Source: a bacterium (lineage in GTDB: Bacteria; JAJRZV01). Taken from it: a stretch of 34,500 nucleotides of DNA. Positions within the stretch are counted from its first letter, which is position 1. Each line of letters starts with the position of its first letter. The DNA is taken from contig JAJRZV010000056.1 in assembly GCA_024275095.1 (NCBI GenBank), positions 1 through 34,500 on the forward strand. Direction: 5' to 3'. The notes beneath the pieces are model-generated. The model did not search any database. It was not told where the DNA came from and saw only the letters and a list, made by a program, of their open reading frames with translations. The position numbers were made by a program, and so were the translations under genes. This document shows, piece after piece, positions 9,305-18,855 of this stretch.

Positions 9305-9970
9305 CTGAAGTCCGTCGCACCCATTGGTATTCTGGGTGGAACATTCGATCCTGTACATCTGGGCCACCTCAGGCTTGCAGAAGCTGTGGCGGAAAAACTC
9401 TTTCTTGAAAAAGTTTATTTCGTACCTGCTAGAGAACCTCCACACAAGGACCCGACGACCATTGTAGCAAGTGCGGAGGACCGCCTGAAAATGCTGGAGA
9501 TGGCTGTGGAAGAGAACCCGCTTTTCCAAATTTCACAGGTTGAACTGGATAGAGAAGGTCCTTCATATACCATTGATACGCTGATGCATTTTTACCGGAG
9601 ATTTGATAAGAAGGTATATTTCATCACAGGTATTGATACTATTGTCGAGGTTCCTGCATGGCATCGTTTTCCCGAACATTTCAACTACTGCATAATGGTC
9701 ACGGCTCCACGCCCAGGATGTGTACCGGATGATTTTCACGAACGTTTGGAAAAGCTATACCACTCGGAGAAGGGTTTTGAAGTCAGTCGCCATGAAATCG
9801 GGTATTATGGGAACAGAGCCGTGTTGTTCCTTAATGTGAAGACCATCGATGTGTCCGCTACGGAAATCAGGGAAATGCTCCGCGCTGGAGAAAGCATCAG
9901 GTACCTTGTCCCGGAGAACGTGCACAAATACATAATGCAAAAAAAACTTTATTGCGAAGATGAAAGTTAA
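9305..9970 (+). CDS. nadD: Nicotinate-nucleotide adenylyltransferase (N-terminus extends upstream of the ORF-track start; probable CTG start)
   Basis: In-frame IGILGGTFDPVHLGH beginning at 9323, upstream of the GTG at 9386; PPHK, SYTIDT, SATEIR motifs. Confidence 0.93.
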   Translation: MKSVAPIGILGGTFDPVHLGHLRLAEAVAEKLFLEKVYFVPAREPPHKDPTTIVASAEDRLKMLEMAVEENPLFQISQVELDREGPSYTIDTLMHFYRRFDKKVYFITGIDTIVEVPAWHRFPEHFNYCIMVTAPRPGCVPDDFHERLEKLYHSEKGFEVSRHEIGYYGNRAVLFLNVKTIDVSATEIREMLRAGESIRYLVPENVHKYIMQKKLYCEDES

Positions 9971-10331
9971 GAAAAAGAAAATGTTTCCAAAACGGTTTGC
10001 CAGAACCTGCGGCAGGTTTCTCTACCGCAAGCTCGCCGAAGATGTTCGGGTGGTGGATGTGAGAAAAGCGCTCCCGGTAGCTGATTATTTTGTGCTTGCC
10101 ACAGGTACCTCAGAGCGACACGTGAGATCCCTCGCGTACGACCTGATGGATGAAATGGAAAAGAGGGGGTATGAATTGCTCGGTCATGAAGGAATTGATG
10201 AGGGACGCTGGGCCCTGCTGGATTACGGTGATGTTGTAATTCACCTTTTTACACGTGAACTGCGAACTTTTTATGATGTTGAAGGCTTATGGGCTGATTG
10301 TGAATTCTTCGTTATAGAGGAAGGTTGGTAG
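9960..10331 (+). CDS. rsfS: Ribosome silencing factor (Iojap)
   Basis: ADYFVLATGTSERHV, WALLDYGDVVIHLF, RTFYDVEGLW. Confidence 0.95.
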   Translation: MKVKKKKMFPKRFARTCGRFLYRKLAEDVRVVDVRKALPVADYFVLATGTSERHVRSLAYDLMDEMEKRGYELLGHEGIDEGRWALLDYGDVVIHLFTRELRTFYDVEGLWADCEFFVIEEGW

Positions 10332-10349
10332 CAGGATATTGAGCAAGTC

Positions 10350-10832
10350 GTGAAGTTTGTTTTCATATTACCGGGTAAAATTACAGACCATCACATACAG
10401 GCACTTCTGGAGCGTTATTCAAGGTATCTTCGAAAATATGGTATAGTTGAATTTAGATGGACAAAACCTGTTAAGAAGGCTGTAAAATCAGCCGGTGATA
10501 TTGAGAGGAGAGTAGAGGAGGAGGGTCGGCACATTATACACGCAATGGAAAATCTGCCACGTGGACCAAGGGTGGTATTCGATGTTAAGGGGAAAGCAAT
10601 GACTTCAGAAGAGTTTGCCGCCTGTTTGAAAGAGATGAGCAATGTCATTGGTCCATGCATGGTTTTCGTTATAGGAGGTCCTTATGGACTGGATGAAGAG
10701 GTAAAAAGACGTGCTGATGTTTCAGTCTCTTTTTCGCGTATGACTTTACCACATGAACTGGCCGTGGTGGTGGCTGTAGAACAGGTGTTCCGTGCCATGA
10801 GCATCATTCACGGAGAACATTATCATCATTGA
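10350..10832 (+). CDS. rlmH: 23S rRNA pseudouridine-1915 N3-methyltransferase
   Basis: GK..TSEEFA, FVIGGPYGL, SRMTLPHEL, EQVFRA, YHH C-terminus; follows rsfS. Confidence 0.95.
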   Translation: MKFVFILPGKITDHHIQALLERYSRYLRKYGIVEFRWTKPVKKAVKSAGDIERRVEEEGRHIIHAMENLPRGPRVVFDVKGKAMTSEEFAACLKEMSNVIGPCMVFVIGGPYGLDEEVKRRADVSVSFSRMTLPHELAVVVAVEQVFRAMSIIHGEHYHH

Positions 10833-10844
10833 GGAGTATACATT

Positions 10845-12161
10845 ATGAAGCGTGCTCTCAAAATCAGTGGATGGATAATTATTGCAGCATTGTTGATGTA
10901 CCTTATTTATTTAAATTCCCAGCAGGTGGATTTTAACTTTTACGGTTTCCGCTTTTCGCTGCCTGCCGGCGTGCTTTTTATCGCCGTGTTGCTGATTGGT
11001 GGCTATGCAGCATTTCTGCTCACAAGCCTGCGGATTATTACTTTGAAGACTTCCCTCGGGAGGGAAAGGAAGCTTCTTCAGAGGAATCTGGACGTGGCCC
11101 AGAAGGTTATCCAGGCAGCCTGGCTCTCAGAGGAAAATGAAGAAAGTGCAGCACTTGGACTGTTGGAAAAAGATATGCAATCGACCGACGCACGAGTTGT
11201 GCATTCCCTTATGCTTTGCAGAGCCGGAGACCATAAAAAAGCACTCCAGCTTCTTCCAGGCGACTCTTCCGAGAGAGAAAATCCCGCCGTGATGTGGCGA
11301 CGCATTGTTGAGCTTGTACACACGGGAAACAGGATGGAAGCGGTGAAAGAATATGAAGATATCGAAGACAAAAATCTCAAACGCCATCCCCTGGTTGCTT
11401 CGGCGGCAAGATTTGCATATATGGCGGCAGAGGAATGGGACAGGGCCGTTGCTGTTCAAAGAGACATATTCGTGAACAGAAAGTCCGGTGCTGCAGAAAA
11501 GTCGCGTCTGGCAGCTCTGCTTACAGCACGGGGCCAGGATTTGAGAAAAAAGAAGGATTTTGGAGAGGCTGAGAAGTCCCTCCAGGAAGCAATTTCTGTT
11601 GATGAGACATTTGTACCCGCGTATGAAAACCTTGGCACGCTTCTGGCAGATAAAAGTAATCCTCGAAAAAACACAGATAAGGCCTTAAAAATATTGAAAA
11701 AGGGCTTTTCGCACACAGGGGCGTTCGTGTTGCTTGCACGTGCCATGGACATATTCATCCAGGAAAACCGTCCTGAGGACCTTCTGCAGTTTGCACAGGA
11801 CATTTCCAGTGAAGTGAAGTTTTTACCTCAAGCACTGACTTTTCGTATCTACGCGTTTCTCAGACTGGGAATGGTGGACGAGGCAGAAAAGAACTTTTTA
11901 GAAAATGTGATTCCGAATGACATGCCATATCCATGGCGCCATAGATTAGAGTTGCTGGGACTCGTTTTAGCCATCCGCAAGGGTGATCTTGAGGGTATCC
12001 GCGATCGCTTGAGAAATGTTGAGCGGTATTTTGTGGCATTTGAAGAAAAGGCGTACAGGTGCACCAGGTGCAACTCGTCGTTTGAGACCTGGCAGCCCCT
12101 GTGTTCTGTGTGCATGAATACCTTTAGCGTGTTTGCGGAACACACAAATCCTGGAAAGTAA
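10845..12161 (+). CDS. LapA-like membrane domain fused to LapB-like TPR protein with C-terminal rubredoxin-type zinc motif
   Basis: TM-NSQQVDFNF-TM (LapA-like); helical TPR-like repeats; YRCTRC...WQPLCSVC. Confidence 0.7.
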   Translation: MKRALKISGWIIIAALLMYLIYLNSQQVDFNFYGFRFSLPAGVLFIAVLLIGGYAAFLLTSLRIITLKTSLGRERKLLQRNLDVAQKVIQAAWLSEENEESAALGLLEKDMQSTDARVVHSLMLCRAGDHKKALQLLPGDSSERENPAVMWRRIVELVHTGNRMEAVKEYEDIEDKNLKRHPLVASAARFAYMAAEEWDRAVAVQRDIFVNRKSGAAEKSRLAALLTARGQDLRKKKDFGEAEKSLQEAISVDETFVPAYENLGTLLADKSNPRKNTDKALKILKKGFSHTGAFVLLARAMDIFIQENRPEDLLQFAQDISSEVKFLPQALTFRIYAFLRLGMVDEAEKNFLENVIPNDMPYPWRHRLELLGLVLAIRKGDLEGIRDRLRNVERYFVAFEEKAYRCTRCNSSFETWQPLCSVCMNTFSVFAEHTNPGK

Positions 12162-12163
12162 GA

Positions 12164-14260
12164 ATGAGGAGAATCCCGGTATTTGCCACGTGTATCGTCG
12201 TCTTGATACCGGCAGGATGTTCTCAAAAGGTCAATCTCCCTCCCGCTATTGAACGAGTCTCTCCTGACCAGGAGGAACAAACCGTGCTCACGTTGAGGGA
12301 TTATACTTTTTCCGTAACCGCTCACGATCCGGAAGGGGCGACTGTTACCGTGAGGTGGTTTCTCAATGGAGAAGACCTTCACTCCTACAGTTTTTCTGTT
12401 ACTGTGAATCTGGAAGAAGAATGGGCAGGTACAGAAATGCTGTTGGAAGCCGAGGCGTCGGATGGTCGAAAAACATCAAAAGTTGACTGGAACCTGAACG
12501 TGCTTTCTCCTTTATACCTGACTCGCAAGGCTGTGGAAGCCCTTGCTCATCCAGATGCCATATCCGGGGTGTACGCAGATAAAACTCTCAGGAATTGGTA
12601 CATTTTATGGCTGAAAAACTCTTTTCGGGATGCAGACGCTTTGTACTCAGGGCACGATTTCGACAATGATTCCGTGGATGATGCTTACTACGTGCAGGTA
12701 ACAGGACACGCTGTGCTCGGTGTCCTGTTGTTCGTTGATGCACTTGTATTCATGGAGACGGCAGGGACACAAATCAGTACAGATGCTCTGCTTTACGCGG
12801 TTGCACCTTATCCAGGTTCGATGCTTCCCGGCGTTATCCCGGGAAATACATGTTCTGTTTTGACAAGCCCCAATTCGCTCTTATGGGTGATTGCCGAAAG
12901 CCTTGTACCGGAAGTGGAACAACGAGCTTCTGAAATACTGGAAACATTATCGCCGCTTTTAAACAGTGGCGATCCATTCGAGATAGAAATTTCAGGTGTG
13001 GAACACCTTTCCCTGATAGACCAGTGGGCCTGGCTTTTTCGTGGAAAAATGGATACGGGGGATATTTACTTAATGGGGGCTTTGATCAATGCGGTGCTGG
13101 GAATGCTTCAGTATTTGTCTGCATATTCGACCGATACGTTTCGCGGCTTACTATCGTATTTTTTCGACCCGTGCTATTACCTGGGACCATGGGCTGATTC
13201 GGACAATTTTCCTCAATTCGGTGTTCCCGCAACTGTATACGCAGAGAGCCTCGCCGGTGCCAAGGAAAATATTCTCTCTTCTGTGAGCTCGCTCGCCCGC
13301 TTTTTTCAACTGGCAACCCGCTCTATTGCCCCGGCTTCCAGGGAGATGACCGGTGTGGATGAATACGGGCGCCTGTTTTTACCTTTCGGTGTGGTGGTCA
13401 ACGATGGTGTCTATGTGCTTGCGCTCACTGGATTCGACTGGATAGAGATGAGAAGAACACTTCAGAATTTTGTCACTGCAATATCCAATGGTTACAATTT
13501 TCCTCTTACCAGCCTGTTTCAAACAGAAATTACTTTTTCTGACCTCTGGATTAATACGTCTCGTCTTTTCTCTGAACCTCTCACGTTGAGTCAGGTATTA
13601 CCTTTATTTATCGAATCCGATAGGGGCGAGTATATTTCCGATACTCCCAACGGAACCTCCAGGCTTTACGATTTACCAGAGCCGTGTTTGGATGTTAATT
13701 TCGACGGCGTGTGTTCAGGTGAAGAAGACTTTGCTGATCTGGATGAAAACGGGGCTTACACTGGTGGAGATGCCTTTATAGATGATTCATGGCCCAACGG
13801 TGTGCTTGATGGCCTGTATTCTCCTCCGGGAGCCTTTTACTACGAGAGAGAAACTTCGTTTTTCTACGACACGGGTCGCGACGGGCTTATGCCCTATTCC
13901 AACGGTTATCCAGGACCTGATCCCGACGGTTCCCAGAACAACGGCCTCTATGAACCTGGTGAGCCGGTGGAGGGTGGTACGTACTCGCAACAGAGTACAA
14001 CTCACACCTGGCCTGATGTGACGGGCACACGCTGGGCTTCGTGTACAAGCTGTACCGGTACCGACCCTGACAATGGAGTGATAGACGAGTTTTACCTGTT
14101 TTTTCCGGACCCAACACTTTCCGGCCTTCTGGTGCCCGGGGCTGCTTTCGACCCCGACGGTAGCGGCGGATTCTCAAACGGGGACCTCAATGCAGCTCTA
14201 AGTGTTATACGACACAAACTGGGAAAATCCCGGCGTTTTATTCCGCTCACTGTTCCCTGA
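12164..14260 (+). CDS. Large hypothetical lipoprotein: Ig-like N-domain, helical middle, acidic Ca-binding-like C-domain
   Basis: Lipobox IPAGC; NLPP...AHDPEG...W Ig-like pattern; DVNFDG, DLDENG, DPDGS, DPDNG loops. Confidence 0.75.
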   Translation: MRRIPVFATCIVVLIPAGCSQKVNLPPAIERVSPDQEEQTVLTLRDYTFSVTAHDPEGATVTVRWFLNGEDLHSYSFSVTVNLEEEWAGTEMLLEAEASDGRKTSKVDWNLNVLSPLYLTRKAVEALAHPDAISGVYADKTLRNWYILWLKNSFRDADALYSGHDFDNDSVDDAYYVQVTGHAVLGVLLFVDALVFMETAGTQISTDALLYAVAPYPGSMLPGVIPGNTCSVLTSPNSLLWVIAESLVPEVEQRASEILETLSPLLNSGDPFEIEISGVEHLSLIDQWAWLFRGKMDTGDIYLMGALINAVLGMLQYLSAYSTDTFRGLLSYFFDPCYYLGPWADSDNFPQFGVPATVYAESLAGAKENILSSVSSLARFFQLATRSIAPASREMTGVDEYGRLFLPFGVVVNDGVYVLALTGFDWIEMRRTLQNFVTAISNGYNFPLTSLFQTEITFSDLWINTSRLFSEPLTLSQVLPLFIESDRGEYISDTPNGTSRLYDLPEPCLDVNFDGVCSGEEDFADLDENGAYTGGDAFIDDSWPNGVLDGLYSPPGAFYYERETSFFYDTGRDGLMPYSNGYPGPDPDGSQNNGLYEPGEPVEGGTYSQQSTTHTWPDVTGTRWASCTSCTGTDPDNGVIDEFYLFFPDPTLSGLLVPGAAFDPDGSGGFSNGDLNAALSVIRHKLGKSRRFIPLTVP

Positions 14261-16494
14261 TGGTCATCACACGCTTAAGCAGATATGGGCTCTTTTTTTA
14301 CTTTTGTGGTTTGATGGTTTATCTCTTCATCACGAAGCCTGAGAAAAAACCTGTCTCCCCCAAAGATTTAAAAAAAATAACAGCTGTGGAATGGAAAAGA
14401 ATGGAACAACCGGTACCACATTTCGTTTCCGGTGATGGTAAAAGACAGGGCTTTGTAACCGACGAAATTCCTCCAAAGGTTCGGGGGTATTGTGATGAGG
14501 TTGGCGTGTTTATCGAAACAGATAACAACGGACGTATTTCGGGCGCTTATCCCATCCGATACTGTGAGACACCATATTATTTTGACATTGTGAAGGACTC
14601 GGGTTTTTTTGAAAAATTGAAAGGGCAATCTCTTTCACAACCTCTCAAAATAGACACCGTAACCGGTGCCACAGTAACCTCCCGGGCAATTATCAAAGAT
14701 GTGGAAAAAAGCGGCGTTCGTTTTGCAAAAGATGTTCTGAAAATCCCTGTTGTTGGCAGGAAGGGATTTCATATACCGTGGGAATCCGTACTGGTGGTTG
14801 TGATTCTCTTTGCAGGAATTTTACCCCGCCTCTATCGCAAAAGATGGACGGGTTTGGTAATACAGGGTATCAGTTTTATCGTGATAGGCGTGTATCTGTG
14901 TGCTCCTGTAACCGTCTCCGCAATAGGTGAGCTCATGAAAGGAGGATCCGTGTTTTCGTCTGTTGCATACCTGCTGGCTGCGGGGGCTTTTGTTCTCGCA
15001 TTTTTTTATCGCAATGTGTACTGCCAGTACGTGTGTCCTTTTGGCTGTGCGATAGACCTTGCAGGTGCTCCAGTAAAAACCGTGTTTCCCATCGAGGCCC
15101 GGGATGCAGGCATTGGTCGCTTTGTACGTGATGTCATCACGGTGATTATATTGAGCATCCTCCTCCTCGCAGGAGACCGCAGGGCGGGATTCGTTGAGCC
15201 ATTTGCCTGGCTCTTTTCAAAAGCTCTTTTTGGTGCATTTGCATTAACTTACGGCATTTTAACCATTGCAGCATCCGTTATGGTCAGGCGCATGTGGTGT
15301 TATTACCTCTGTCCCACAGGGGCTATCTTCAGCGCAGCCGAGCAGACGGGATTGAAGGTGAGAGAAAAAATTGGAAGGCTGTTCAAACGAGTTGGAAAGT
15401 TTAAAATTACCACCGCCTTAATTCTGCTCGTGCTGATCGTTTCTGGTTGTGGTGGGAAGAGTGGTTTTTCCAGAGATGAGCAACAACCTTTCGACATGGC
15501 CTATTATGCTGAATTTGTCGAATATTCGTCCCTCAAAGATCTTCTTCCTTCTTTTGCTGCATCGAAATATTCCATACACCTGGCAGTGCCTTCATCGCTG
15601 CTCGGTGATTCCAAGACCGCCGCTTTCCTCACAGATGCAGAAAAAAACGGAGTAAATGTGTATCTCTGGCTGACCCTGCCGTATGAATCCGGCTACTGGA
15701 TAAGCGAGACAAACATAGAGGAAGCCTGTGAACTTTTCAAAAAGTTTGGACAATGGAATGTGGATGAAAATCTTGGCCTGGACGGTTTTGTCTTTGACAT
15801 GGAAGCGCCGTATGAATTTGCAGTACTTGCCCAGGGAGGGCTTACGGGTATTACCACGGCAGTGGTGCGTCTTATGGATCAAATTAATCCTTTTCAGTAC
15901 GAAAATTCCCGCGCTATTTTAGAAAGTTGCATAGCGGATTTAAAGCAAAACTTTAGCTTGCCAGTGTTTGCTGTTACATATCCCATGGTTCTTGATGACC
16001 TCGTGGCTGGAGGAGAGGGATTTCAGGACCTTTTCGGCATTCCTGTGGCAGGGCTACCGTGGGATGAAGTGGGGTTTATGGTGTACACCACCACCTTCAA
16101 AAGCTCAGGTATTACAGCCGGCCCCGGGATAGTGAAATCCTACGCGAGGGATGCTGTCCTGTTTTTCGGCAAAAAGGCAGCAATTGGACTGGGGATTGCA
16201 GGCAACGCGGGAATTGGAGTTCACTCGGGGGATGCATCACCTCTTTATTTTTTCCCGGAGATTTACTGTGCCGCAGCAGAGGAGATTTCCCGGTTTCGCA
16301 TTTATTCAGTCGTAGGGATACTTCTCGACCCTGATCAACTCTGGTTTCAGTTGGAAAAAGAAGCTGGCGGTGCTGCAAATTACTCCTGTGCAGAAACGCC
16401 TGCAGAAAGGGGATTTCGAAAGGCTTTGATTTCAGTGGCTCGATACCTGGAGGAAAAACGGCAGCAAATTATAGGAACTTACGTTCAGGAATAA
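14260..16494 (+). CDS. FMN-binding / CX3CP polytopic membrane protein (PceC/NosR-like core) fused to a lipoprotein-like putative TIM-barrel domain
   Basis: ETP and DTVTGATVTS flavinylation motif; YCQYVCPFG and WCYYLCPTG; several TM helices; internal LIVSGC lipobox at Cys397; TGATG coupling to upstream gene. Confidence 0.75.
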   Translation: MVITRLSRYGLFFYFCGLMVYLFITKPEKKPVSPKDLKKITAVEWKRMEQPVPHFVSGDGKRQGFVTDEIPPKVRGYCDEVGVFIETDNNGRISGAYPIRYCETPYYFDIVKDSGFFEKLKGQSLSQPLKIDTVTGATVTSRAIIKDVEKSGVRFAKDVLKIPVVGRKGFHIPWESVLVVVILFAGILPRLYRKRWTGLVIQGISFIVIGVYLCAPVTVSAIGELMKGGSVFSSVAYLLAAGAFVLAFFYRNVYCQYVCPFGCAIDLAGAPVKTVFPIEARDAGIGRFVRDVITVIILSILLLAGDRRAGFVEPFAWLFSKALFGAFALTYGILTIAASVMVRRMWCYYLCPTGAIFSAAEQTGLKVREKIGRLFKRVGKFKITTALILLVLIVSGCGGKSGFSRDEQQPFDMAYYAEFVEYSSLKDLLPSFAASKYSIHLAVPSSLLGDSKTAAFLTDAEKNGVNVYLWLTLPYESGYWISETNIEEACELFKKFGQWNVDENLGLDGFVFDMEAPYEFAVLAQGGLTGITTAVVRLMDQINPFQYENSRAILESCIADLKQNFSLPVFAVTYPMVLDDLVAGGEGFQDLFGIPVAGLPWDEVGFMVYTTTFKSSGITAGPGIVKSYARDAVLFFGKKAAIGLGIAGNAGIGVHSGDASPLYFFPEIYCAAAEEISRFRIYSVVGILLDPDQLWFQLEKEAGGAANYSCAETPAERGFRKALISVARYLEEKRQQIIGTYVQE

Positions 16495-16523
16495 AAAGCA
16501 CGATTTTCCAGGGAGGAAACACC

Positions 16524-18544
16524 ATGGTAAAAAGAGAACAGGCACCTTCTTCATCTCTCCTTTTTGAGCCTGTGACAATAGGTGGACTTGAATTAAAAAA
16601 CCGGTTGATAATGCCGGCCATGCACCTCAATTTCACCCCGGGTGGTGACGTCAACGAGAAAATTATAGAGTTTTACAGGCTGCGAGCGAAGGGTGGGGTA
16701 GGACTTATCATTGTCGGGGGAGCCTCTGTGGACAGGCTCGGCTCCAATCCCCTCATGCTTGGACTTCATGAGGACAGGTTCATACCAGGTCTCCGGGAAC
16801 TGGTCAAAGCGGTGAAGAACGAGGGGGCAAAAATTGGTGTCCAGCTGTATCATGCCGGTAGATACAATTATCGGGTCCTTACAGGGGGTGAGCAGCCTGT
16901 TGCACCTTCAGCGGTTGCGTCACGTCTGGGGGATACTCCCAGAGAAATGACATTAGAGGATATTCAAAGGGTCCAGCAGGCTTTTATCGATGCTGCTCGT
17001 CGTGCTGCAGAAGCAGGATTCGACGTGGTGGAAATATCCGGCTCAGCGGGTTATCTCGTGTGCCAGTTTCTTTCACCCTTAACCAACCGCAGAAATGATG
17101 AATATGGTGGCTCGCTCGAGAACAGATTCCGGTTCGTAAGCGAAATTATTGCGGGTATAAAAAAGGAACTCGGCGTTGATTTCCTCTGTCAGTGAGAATG
17201 GCAGGTGATGATTTCGTAGGGGGTAGTAACAATATTCTCGAAACGGTGAAAATCGCCAGGCTTTACCAGGATGCAGGAGTACATCTTCTGTCGGTAACCG
17301 GAGGATGGCATGAAACGCGTGTGCCCCAGATTACTATGAATGTACCAGAGGGAGCTTTTGCATACCTTGCAAGAGAAATCAAGAAAGCTGTAGATATTCC
17401 TGTTGCGGCATCCAACCGTATCCGGCATAAAGCATTTGCAGAGCAACTGCTCAAAGAAGGATGGTGTGATCTGGTCAACCTTGGGCGTCCTCTCATTGCT
17501 GATCCTCATCTCCCTGCCAAGTGGTCGTGGAACAGAGAAAATGAAGTGTTGCTTTGTACTGGGTGCAACCAGGGTTGTTTTGATCCCCTGTTCACGGGAG
17601 AGCCCTCCACGTGTACGGTCAATCCTTACGCAGGCAGGGAAAGCGAATGGATGTTCACATCTGCGGGAAAAAAGAAAAAAGTTTTGATAATAGGAGCTGG
17701 GCCTGCAGGAATGAATGCGGCGATTACCGCAGCAGAGCGAGGACATGATGTCGTACTTTTCGAAAAGGAGGATGAACCGGGTGGAATGCTCAGGTATGCA
17801 GGTCTTCCTCCCGGACGTGAAGACTGGATGGAATACCTGGATTACATGAAGCGCCAACTCGAAAAAGCGCCTGTAGATATAAATTTCAGTGCAAAAATTT
17901 CTTCTAAGGAAGTACTGAGTATTAAACCTGACGCCCTCGTTGTGGCTACAGGAGGGGAACCTGTGATTCCGGAGATCCCCGGGGTTCACCTGGACCACGT
18001 CGTCAGTGCTATTGATGTACTCGCCGGTCGGATCAAGCCCGGAAAAAGAGTGGTCATAATCGGCGGTGGCGGGACGGGTGTGGAGGCTGCGCTCGCCCTT
18101 GCAGCGAGGGGGACGGTGGACAGCAAACAGTTTTTCTTTTTGTGGATGTGGGGAGCCGTAACAGAGGATATTGCAAAGCGGATCACGTTAAGAGGAACCC
18201 ACGAAGTTACAATTCTCAAAAGGAGCCCGGGAATGGGCCGGGGACTGTCGCGCTCCACGCGATGGGTGATGATTCACGAACTCAGGAAACGAGGTGTGCA
18301 CATGTACGATGGTGTCACTTTTCATTCCATCAGCGAGGAAGGCATCACATGTACAGTAAGAGGAGAAGAAAAATTTTTTCCAGCTGACACCGTTGTCATT
18401 GCCGCAGGGCTACGGCCGCGACGGGAGATTTACGACGAGCTGAAAGAACAATTTAAAGAAATTTACCTGATTGGTGATGCTGCTTCACCCAGAAGAGCAT
18501 TGCAGGCCATTAACGAGGGTGTGGAAATAGGGTTGAAGATATGA
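16524..18544 (+). pseudogene. fadH: 2,4-dienoyl-CoA reductase (OYE/FadH family), split into two ORFs by a 1-nt frameshift at about 17180-17192
   Basis: ORF1 16524-17195: LKNRLIMPAMH, QLYHAGR, SAGYL, NRRNDEYGGS. ORF2 17192-18544: GWHE, CTGCNQGC...CTVNP Fe-S motif, two GxGxxG motifs. May be a sequencing indel. Confidence 0.85.
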
Positions 18545-18855
18545 GAGTAGAAAACAGTATTTTGTAATTTTATTGGAGCTATAGAGGGTTGTGTTAAAGC
18601 AACAAGTGAAGATTTTTTTGAACGTTTACCAATGGTGAAGGTAATTTTGTGTTGTTTGTTCCGGTGATATTCGCATCTGTTCAGTTCTTTTCAAAAACCG
18701 TGATTCTTGATTAACTCAGGTACTTTTGATAATGTTTCAATTACTTTAAAAATTCTGTTATTCCGGTGGGGATTTGAGGTGGAGAGGGAGAGAGGGGCTG
18801 TAACCCTGATGGTGAAAAAAATTGCCATAACAAATTACCTTAAAGGAGGAGAATA

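Noticed and set aside
11633-11648. Sigma54-like TGGCACG-N4-TGGCA
   Set aside because: Intragenic, imperfect -12 element, and about 500 nt from the next start.
17159-17165. In-frame A_AAA_AAG slippery heptamer just before the fadH break, suggesting programmed -1 frameshifting
   Set aside because: The -1 frame hits TGA at 17177-17179 before joining ORF2, so slippage here cannot give full-length FadH.
17189-17998. 269-aa minus-strand ORF
   Set aside because: Antisense shadow of fadH.
18707-18733. TTGATT...GATAAT promoter candidate for the acyl-CoA ligase
   Set aside because: The spacer is only 15 nt and the region is AT-rich, so a chance match is likely.
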